DNA of 64,000 nucleotides from Thermoleophilaceae bacterium. GTDB taxonomy: Bacteria > Actinomycetota > Thermoleophilia > Solirubrobacterales > JACPNS01. The notes beneath the pieces were generated by a model. It had not been told where the DNA came from and did not search any database. It was given only the letters and a program-made list of their open reading frames with translations. Where the stretch lies: the NCBI GenBank assembly GCA_016462645.1, contig JAEMSX010000001.1, positions 1,999 to 65,998 on the forward strand. Direction: 5' to 3'. The position numbers and the translations under genes were made by a program. Positions within the stretch are counted from its first letter, which is position 1. Each line of letters starts with the position of its first letter. Shown piece by piece: positions 48,452 through 54,916 of the stretch.

Positions 48452-50049
48452 GGCATCACCAGCGCCTGCACGACGGGGCTTGCCTTGCTCGGCCACGGCC
48501 AACCCTGCTTGGCGCGGACGATCGCGCGAAAGCTGAACAGTGTCGGGCGCGTGACGCGCGTGAAGCGGTGCTGCCACTTGTAGGCCCCGCTCCTGCCCGC
48601 GGTGACAACCTCGATGGCGCTCCAGCGCTTGCCGTTCCTGACCTCGATCTCGACCGGAGCGCCGCCCGCTGCCGAAGCAGCTCCTGCGAGGCGACCAGCG
48701 ATCGTCAAGCTGGCGCCGCGACGCAGCACGCGCTGGGATCCACGGGCGCTGAGCGTGAGCGCCTGACGCAGGGTTGTGGATGCCGAGGCGGTGCTCTGCG
48801 CGCCGTCGGCCGGCCGGAAGACGAACGTGATGCGCAGCGCACCGCTCGGCTTGACCTTGAAACTGAACTTGCCGTCGGCCTTCGTCCTCGTCGTTCCGAT
48901 CGGGATCAACGTTGACGGACCGAAGAGGTTTGACTTGTAGACCTCCAGCGTGGCGCCGCCGATCGCGCCGCCGGCGCTGGTGCGCAAGACGCCGCGCACG
49001 GCCACCTTCTTCGCCGACTTGGCGGCGATCAGCTTCTTGCTCGTGGAGAGCGCGGGTACCTCGACTGCCGGGGTGCCATTCGCGCCGACGCCACCGATCG
49101 TGAAGTTGATCGGCGCGAGCGCGCCGACGTTGCCGGCAGCGTCGGTCGCGTACACGACGACGGTGTGCCTGCCGGAGCCGTAGTCGCCGAGGTTGAACTC
49201 ATAGTTCTTGCTGACGGCCGAGGGGCACGGGACGGTCTTTGTATACGGGGTGCTGCACGAACCGCCCGAGTCGGACGCTGACTTCACCACCCCGTCGACG
49301 CTCAGCGCGACGGTGCGAACTCCGCCGCCGACATCACTCGCGGCAACGGCGAGCGAGAACTTTCCGGCCAACGCGACGGCACCGGGGAGCGTTCCCCCGG
49401 TGAGGGCGACGACCGGCGCGTTCAGATCCCTTAGTTCGACCTGCGAGTTGTAGAGCCGTGCCCACAGCGAAGGGGTGGCGCCGGACGGGCAGCCGCTCGG
49501 CTCAACGCACTCGACGCCGAGCTGGAGACTGCTCGCGTTGATGCCACTGGACTGGGTCCCGTTGGCGGCAATCGCGCAGTCGACCTTCTTGGCTTCGCAT
49601 TCGCCCCAGTAGGTGTTGGCAGAAGCGACTGTGCGCCTCAGCCCGGCACTGATCGCCGGGTGCGAGCCGCTGGTTGCGAACGTAACGGCCGCAGAGCGCT
49701 TGATGTCGTAGTTGAGAATCGTGGTTCCGGCCGGTGCATCAAAGCGCACGCCCGCGTTCTCACCGGAGACCATTGCCAGTCCCACGGAAGCGACCACCGA
49801 GAACCCATTGCACGCGGTGCCGAGACTGAAGAGGTTCGCGTGCCCGGGCACCGAGGCCTGCGTGACCCAGGCGTCGTTGCCCACCACTTCGTCGTTCGGG
49901 CCGAGGCAGCTGTAGACGCTGTAGGTCCCGGCGGAAGCAGACGCCGCCGCCATCGCGAACACCGTGCAGGCAGCGGCGAGCACGGCAAAGCACGCGGACA
50001 CGCGTCGCCAACGCACGGCTATTTGCCGAGATACAACCACCGAGTTCAC
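48448..50049 (-). CDS. secreted 8-Cys / Ig-like-domain surface protein (P1)
   Basis: 533 aa. GTG at 50049; GTG at 50040 has better AGGGAG spacing. Signal ..RWRRVSACFAVLAAACTVFAMAAASASA then GTYSVYSCLGP... Eight Cys in the mature N-terminal half. Ig-like ..GGGVRTVALSVDGV..HTVVVYATDAAGN... Carboxypeptidase-regulatory-like ..GATLEVYKS..ADGKFSFKVKP... C-terminus ..RFTRVTRPTLFSFRAIVRAKQGWPWP... Confidence 0.7.
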   Translation of the reverse strand: MNSVVVSRQIAVRWRRVSACFAVLAAACTVFAMAAASASAGTYSVYSCLGPNDEVVGNDAWVTQASVPGHANLFSLGTACNGFSVVASVGLAMVSGENAGVRFDAPAGTTILNYDIKRSAAVTFATSGSHPAISAGLRRTVASANTYWGECEAKKVDCAIAANGTQSSGINASSLQLGVECVEPSGCPSGATPSLWARLYNSQVELRDLNAPVVALTGGTLPGAVALAGKFSLAVAASDVGGGVRTVALSVDGVVKSASDSGGSCSTPYTKTVPCPSAVSKNYEFNLGDYGSGRHTVVVYATDAAGNVGALAPINFTIGGVGANGTPAVEVPALSTSKKLIAAKSAKKVAVRGVLRTSAGGAIGGATLEVYKSNLFGPSTLIPIGTTRTKADGKFSFKVKPSGALRITFVFRPADGAQSTASASTTLRQALTLSARGSQRVLRRGASLTIAGRLAGAASAAGGAPVEIEVRNGKRWSAIEVVTAGRSGAYKWQHRFTRVTRPTLFSFRAIVRAKQGWPWPSKASPVVQALVMP

Positions 50050-50130
50050 TCCCTGAACGCGCGGACGTGGCCGAGTGCCGAGTACCGCGTACAGGGAAGT
50101 TAACCGACCGGGGAGCCTTTGGCAAGCTGA

Positions 50131-51348
50131 CTACTGCAAATCGAACTCAGCGCCGCTGTCGTCCGACGGATCGTTCGGCGTGTACTTCGGCGCGGCGGGC
50201 GCGGGCGCCACCGGCTGCGCGGCCTGCGGCTGCGTCTGTTGCGGGACCGGCTGGCTGGCTTCAGGCTTCGCCGCCGCGGCCCTCTTTCTGGCTGCTGACC
50301 GGCGGGCGGCGGCGCGTTTCTTGGCCGCCTTCTCCTTTGCGGCGGCCTTCGCCGCGACCGCATCCGCTGCACCGCTGCTCGCACCCTGACTCACGGGCGC
50401 AGAGCTTCCTGCGTCGTCTCCTGCGGAAATCTTGTTGGCGGCCACAAAACCGCCTGCCGCGACCACAGTCACCGCGGCAATCACAGCCGCAGCCTGCGCC
50501 GCCCCGCCGATTCCGGCACCACCCGCAGCAGCGCCTCCGGCCGAAGAACCTCCGGCTGCCGAGCTACCCGTTGCGGCGGCCGCGCCTGCGGCACCGACGC
50601 CGGCGGCAGCACTCGTCAGCGCGAAGAGCAGGAGCGCGCTCGGGATCGTCACAGCGGTCAGTCCGCGTGTGCCCATCACATGGCGGCGGCAGCCCGGGCA
50701 ACCTTCAAGATGAGCGACGGCCTCGCGGTAGTCGTCGCTTTCCGGCTCGAGCGCGCCGAGCGCAAACTGGTTGATCAGCACCGCGCGGTCCTCGCACCAG
50801 GTGCCTTCCTTGATCGAAGCCAGCACCGGTCGCAGCTTGCGGGAGACCTCGTCCATGATCTTCTCCATGCGTTTCGGGCGCACACCGATCTGTTCGGCGG
50901 CCTCCGGACGCGAGAAGCCGTAGACGTAACAGAGCGTCGCCGCCCGCAGCTCGCGCTGGCTCAGCTCGGAGCGCATGCCCTCGACGAACTGCTTGAACTC
51001 GCGTTGCTGGTCGAGCGTCTCCTCAATCGGGTCGTCAGTGCCGAGCGTCTCAAGCACCACCGGGTCGGCGTGGCGATCGGGATGCAGCGTGCGGTACTCG
51101 TCGATCGCGCGGCGGTAGGTCATCTGCACGAGCAGGCCCTTGCGGTTCTCGATCTGCTGCCCGTCCTGAAGCTTGGTGTAGAGGCCGTACCAGGCCTGGT
51201 TGTAGAAGCCGTCCATGTCCAGCTCGGCGAAGCGGATCTTCGACGCCGCGAGCTTGCCGGCGACCGTACGCGTGACCTCGTCCTTGAAGGCTTCGTACTC
51301 CTCGCCGATCACCTGGTCGGCGTTGATGACTGAAGCGGGGCTACTCAT
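50131..51348 (-). CDS. single-chain ECF sigma factor / zf-HC2 anti-sigma membrane protein (copy A)
   Basis: Trimmed to the ATG at 51348, 405 aa. ..FYNQAWYGLYTKL..LLVQMTYRRAIDEYR.., ..LSQRELRAATLCYVYGFSRPEAAEQIGVRPKRMEKIMDEVSRKL.., ..AVAHLEGCPGCRRH... Gly/Ala-rich hydrophobic segments, a Lys/Arg/Ala block, then a Pro/Gln tail ending ..DPSDDSGAEFDLQ. Confidence 0.65.
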   Translation of the reverse strand: MSSPASVINADQVIGEEYEAFKDEVTRTVAGKLAASKIRFAELDMDGFYNQAWYGLYTKLQDGQQIENRKGLLVQMTYRRAIDEYRTLHPDRHADPVVLETLGTDDPIEETLDQQREFKQFVEGMRSELSQRELRAATLCYVYGFSRPEAAEQIGVRPKRMEKIMDEVSRKLRPVLASIKEGTWCEDRAVLINQFALGALEPESDDYREAVAHLEGCPGCRRHVMGTRGLTAVTIPSALLLFALTSAAAGVGAAGAAAATGSSAAGGSSAGGAAAGGAGIGGAAQAAAVIAAVTVVAAGGFVAANKISAGDDAGSSAPVSQGASSGAADAVAAKAAAKEKAAKKRAAARRSAARKRAAAAKPEASQPVPQQTQPQAAQPVAPAPAAPKYTPNDPSDDSGAEFDLQ

Positions 51349-51904
51349 CCTGAAAACTGTCGGCAACCATGAACAACGCCACGCTTGCGCCCAGCGCGTT
51401 GGCAACATGCCCAGGGACGCCCATGCGATCGGCCGGCGCGCAGGCCAGCGCCGCGAAAATGCTCGAAGCGATCCGGCGCGCGAGCGTGACGGTCTCGCCG
51501 CCGGCGCGCAGGCCGTTGAACATCAGGTCGCGATCATCGCTCATCACAAGTGCCGTCTCATCGAGTGCTCCGGCGATCCAGACGTCCGGGTCGTAGCCGG
51601 TGTCGCGCGCGTGGATCTCCAGCGCGCGGGCGGTCAGTCGCGCGACGCCCGCAGATGCACTGCGAAGCATCGCGGCGTGCTCGTCCGCTGTCGGGGCGGC
51701 TTCAAAGATCTGGGCGATCATCGCGAGATCGACCGCGGCGTCACCCGCAAGGCAGAGCAGGTCCTGCGTCGAGCACGCGGTTTCGATGTCATACGACGTC
51801 CCGGTGAAGTTGCCGCCGATCGCTATCGCCGTGCCGTGGGCGCGAGCGATCGACTCGCGACCGCGCCGCCCGAGTTCCACCAGTGCGCGCTCGAACGGAG
51901 TCAT
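51341..51904 (-). CDS. hypothetical cytoplasmic Ala-rich protein, present in only one copy of the module
   Basis: 187 aa from the ATG at 51904, which overlaps the upstream TGA (ATGA). Its TAG at 51341-51343 overlaps the next gene's start by 8 nt. High GC3, no TM or signal, no recognisable motif. Confidence 0.5.
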   Translation of the reverse strand: MTPFERALVELGRRGRESIARAHGTAIAIGGNFTGTSYDIETACSTQDLLCLAGDAAVDLAMIAQIFEAAPTADEHAAMLRSASAGVARLTARALEIHARDTGYDPDVWIAGALDETALVMSDDRDLMFNGLRAGGETVTLARRIASSIFAALACAPADRMGVPGHVANALGASVALFMVADSFQDE

Positions 51905-53535
51905 CGCGCCACCAACACAGTCACCGACTGCGCCGTCTCGGTGGGCCAGGGCCAGGACTTGTTCCTGCGCACGATCGCGCGGAAGGTGAACCGCGTGGGC
52001 TGCTTCACGCGGGTGAACCGATACTTCCACTTGTAGCTGCCGCGCGAGTTCGCCTCGACCACGCCGACCGCACGCCAGGACTTGCCGATTCGCGCGTCGA
52101 TCTCGACCGGGGTGCCGTCGGCCGCCGCGCCCGCGCCGTCGAGCGCGCCCCTGAGTGTGAGTGCGCCACCGGGCCTGACGCGCGACTTCGAACGCTTGAC
52201 CGAAAGCCGCAGATCCTCTCGCACGATCGATGACGTGACGGCCGTCCCGATCGAGGACGGGTACGGCTTGAACAGCACGCTGATGCGCTGCGCGCCATGC
52301 GGCTTGACTCTGACCGAGAAGCGTCCGGTGGAAGTTGTGGTGATCGTTCCGATCGACCTGGTTGCAGCGTCGAACACACCAAGATCGAGCGAGGTGACCT
52401 CAAGCGCCGCCCCGGCAACCGGAGCACCGGCTGGAGTGGTGAGCGTTCCTTCCACCACGACGGTCCTGCCGTTGACCGAGGAAATCACCGACTTCTCGGT
52501 TCTCACGGTCGGCTGCTCGACGGCCGGCGAGCCGTTGCTCGGTGGAGTTCCGCCGCCGCCAGCGCCCCCGCCCGAAAGGCCACCCGAGGTGACGCTGAAG
52601 GTGAAGGTGTGGGGCGAGCTGAGATTTCCGGCCGCGTCCGTGGCCGTGAGCGTCGCGGTGTGCACGCCGTTGGTCAGCGCCGCCGTGTTGACGCTGAGCT
52701 TGCCCAGAAGACCCGAGGGGCACGGCGCGCGCAGCGTGTAAGGCTGACCGCAGCTGCCGCCGGCGACGCTTGTCTGGCTGAAGACTCCGTCGATCGCAAG
52801 GTCGATCATGCGCACGCCGCCACCGACATCGGTCACAGTCGCATCGATCGACTGAACAGCGGCGGCGCTCGCAGAGCCCGGCAACGAGCCTGCGACCGAA
52901 GCGATCACAGGGGCGGTCGGATCTTCGAGATCCACTCGCGCATTCATCAGTCGCGTGGAGAGCTGGGTGAACGAGCCGGTTCCGCAACCGGTGTCATCAG
53001 AGCAGCGAACGCCGACGCTCAGCTTCGAGACAGCCAGGCCGCTGCGCGAGAACGCGTCGGTGAGTGAGCCACAAGGGGTGGTCACGTTGACGCAGTCGAA
53101 GCCGGTTGTTGTGGCACCGCTGGTCTCGCTCACCCCGGCCGAGACGACGCTCGGCGGCGGAGTCGCGACCGGGAAGGCGATCGCGACCGCGCGGTTGAGC
53201 GAGTAGCCACTGATGGTCGTTCCGGCCGGCGCGTCAAAGACGTACTCCGCGCCGTCGCCGAGCACGTACGCGCGGGTCGTTGAAGCGGCGACGCTGAGAT
53301 CGCCGCAATTCGTGCCGAAGGCGAAGTCGAGCGTCTGATTGGGGTCGTTGACCGATGTGAGCCAGGAGGAGTTGGGCAGCGCTTCCGCGCTCGGGCCGAG
53401 GCAGGAGTACACGCTGTAGGTCGCGGCATTGGCCGGGCCGACCGCCGCGAAGGCAATCGCGCACAGCGTCAGACCGGCAACGATGACTGTTCGCGCCGCG
53501 AGGAGCCTGCTTTTCGATCGAACCGTGATCTGCAT
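51901..53535 (-). CDS. secreted 8-Cys / Ig-like-domain surface protein (P2, paralogue of P1)
   Basis: Trimmed to the ATG at 53535 (MQITVRSKSRLLAARTVIVAGLTLCAIAFAAVGPANA then ATYSVYSCLGP..), 544 aa. Collinear with P1, including ..FDAPAGTTI.., ..GGGVRMIDLAIDGV..HTATLTATDAAGN.., ..GAALEVTS..STGRFSVRVKP.. and ..RFTRVKQPTRFTFRAIVRRNKSWPWP... Confidence 0.7.
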   Translation of the reverse strand: MQITVRSKSRLLAARTVIVAGLTLCAIAFAAVGPANAATYSVYSCLGPSAEALPNSSWLTSVNDPNQTLDFAFGTNCGDLSVAASTTRAYVLGDGAEYVFDAPAGTTISGYSLNRAVAIAFPVATPPPSVVSAGVSETSGATTTGFDCVNVTTPCGSLTDAFSRSGLAVSKLSVGVRCSDDTGCGTGSFTQLSTRLMNARVDLEDPTAPVIASVAGSLPGSASAAAVQSIDATVTDVGGGVRMIDLAIDGVFSQTSVAGGSCGQPYTLRAPCPSGLLGKLSVNTAALTNGVHTATLTATDAAGNLSSPHTFTFSVTSGGLSGGGAGGGGTPPSNGSPAVEQPTVRTEKSVISSVNGRTVVVEGTLTTPAGAPVAGAALEVTSLDLGVFDAATRSIGTITTTSTGRFSVRVKPHGAQRISVLFKPYPSSIGTAVTSSIVREDLRLSVKRSKSRVRPGGALTLRGALDGAGAAADGTPVEIDARIGKSWRAVGVVEANSRGSYKWKYRFTRVKQPTRFTFRAIVRRNKSWPWPTETAQSVTVLVAR

Positions 53536-53951
53536 CTTCTGACTCTCAAACACCCGCGAGCGGGAATCGGTGTGCCCAAAGAAAACTAACTGCCAGCCGC
53601 CACCGGAGACTGCACCCGCGAAATCGCGACAATACCGCGAGTGAAGTAGATCCCGGTGGGCGACTGGCAGCCGCGTCCACGTGATGAAGCTGCGCGTGCG
53701 CAAAGGCCCGAAGGGTCCCGACCATCCATGATCAAGCGCTCGCGCGTGGAACGTTGGCCGTCGCGGTGTCTGCCTGAGACCGCGTGTCCCGTCAACGCCG
53801 AAAGCTGCGCCGGAGCCCCCCGGCGCATGTATGACGTGTTCCACCTCACCACGTCACGCATGGAACGTCCAACTGACACCGGGGGGAAAATCGAGGCGTC
53901 AGCCTCCACATGCGTGGCTGCGTGTCCGGAGCTCCGCTCCAGAGAGTTGCT

Positions 53952-53969
53952 GTGAACATCATGTTTCAC
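53952..53969. promoter_or_regulatory. AT-rich inverted repeat sharing an 11-mer with the merR-divergent promoter palindrome
   Basis: GTGAA-CATCATGT-TTCAC. ATCATGTTTCA (53958-53968) is the exact reverse complement of TGAAACATGAT at 54888-54898. Confidence 0.35.
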
Positions 53970-54028
53970 ACCCGTATGTCGGGAGCATCGCCATCGCTCC
54001 CCCCCCCTCTCGGGTGCGAGGAATTTCG

Positions 54029-54853
54029 CTAGCTGCGGCGTGAACGGCGACCGGAAGACTTCTTGTCTTTCGGTTCTTTGGGCTGGCGCTCGGCCTTCTT
54101 GTGGCCGTTTAGCCTGAGGTCTTCCTTGGCGATGCGCTGGAGGATCTTGCCGAAAGCCTCTTCGGCGGCCGTGTCCATGTTCACGCGGAATGAGGCCATC
54201 ACGGTCTCGGTGGCCAGCGGGCGAAGTCCCTCGATCGCTTCAACGACCTTGGGGAAGCTCTCGGGCGGCAGACCGGCCTTCTCCTGCGGACGAACGACGC
54301 CAGTGTCGACCATCTTCGTGAAGACTTCTGCGATCGCTCGTGTGTGTTCGTTGACCTTTTTGAACACGTCAAAGAGCGTGTCGACGGGCACCCCCAGTTC
54401 GAGCGCGCTGATGCCTGCGCGCAGGAGCGTCGGGCTGAGCACCTCATAGCGATCGTCGCCCAGCGGAATGACGAAACCGAGGTCGATCCCCTGCTTGATC
54501 ATCCGCGAGTCGATCTCGCCGACCTGCTCGGCCAGCTCCTTCAGCGTCATCACCTCGGAGGGCTCTTCCGCGAACGGCGTGAGCACGAGATTGCGCAGGT
54601 CGCCGATGTTGTCGCCGGTCTCTTCGGCACGCTCGACCAGGCGCTGGATCGCGGTGAGGTTGAAGCCGCCGGCCTGCAACTGCTGGATCAGCTCCAGCCG
54701 GGCGATGTGGCGATCGCCGTAGTAGCCGATACGTCCTTTTACGTCGGGCGCGGGGAGCAAACCGCGAGACTGATGGGCGCGGATGTTGCGCACCGTCATT
54801 CCGGTCTGCTGCGCGAGTTCGTCGATCGTGAGTTGGTCTTTGCTTTCAGCCAT
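54029..54853 (-). CDS. MerR-family transcriptional regulator with long C-terminal domain
   Basis: 274 aa. HTH ..LTIDELAQQTGMTVRNIRAHQSRGLLPAP..GYYGDRHIARLELIQQLQ... A ~190-aa C-terminal region of unknown function ends in a Lys/Arg-rich tail. Confidence 0.8.
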   Translation of the reverse strand: MAESKDQLTIDELAQQTGMTVRNIRAHQSRGLLPAPDVKGRIGYYGDRHIARLELIQQLQAGGFNLTAIQRLVERAEETGDNIGDLRNLVLTPFAEEPSEVMTLKELAEQVGEIDSRMIKQGIDLGFVIPLGDDRYEVLSPTLLRAGISALELGVPVDTLFDVFKKVNEHTRAIAEVFTKMVDTGVVRPQEKAGLPPESFPKVVEAIEGLRPLATETVMASFRVNMDTAAEEAFGKILQRIAKEDLRLNGHKKAERQPKEPKDKKSSGRRSRRS

Positions 54854-54885
54854 TGAATGTGAATCCTATATTCAAGACAGACTTG

Positions 54886-54904
54886 CATGAAACATGATTT
54901 CATG
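54886..54904. promoter_or_regulatory. palindrome inside a candidate promoter between merR and the divergent membrane-protein gene
   Basis: CATGAAA-CATGA-TTTCATG (7-bp arms). It is flanked by TTGCAT (54883-54888) and TAACAT (54905-54910) with a 16-nt spacer. The -10 ends 6 nt before the ATG at 54917, implying a leaderless mRNA. Confidence 0.45.
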
Positions 54905-54916
54905 TAACATAACCGG

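Noticed and set aside
53748-53869. ECF-type promoter (GGAAC ... CGTC) upstream of the surface-protein/sigma-fusion cluster
   Set aside because: GGAAC occurs several times (e.g. 53748-53752, 53862-53866), but none has a CGTC-like -10 at the expected 16-17 nt spacing on the correct strand. It cannot be supported by eye.
53586-53969. 127-aa minus-strand ORF in the long gap upstream of P2
   Set aside because: It has no SD and an Arg/Ser/Gly/His-rich composition without hydrophobic-core periodicity. I keep the region as non-coding or unknown rather than calling a CDS.
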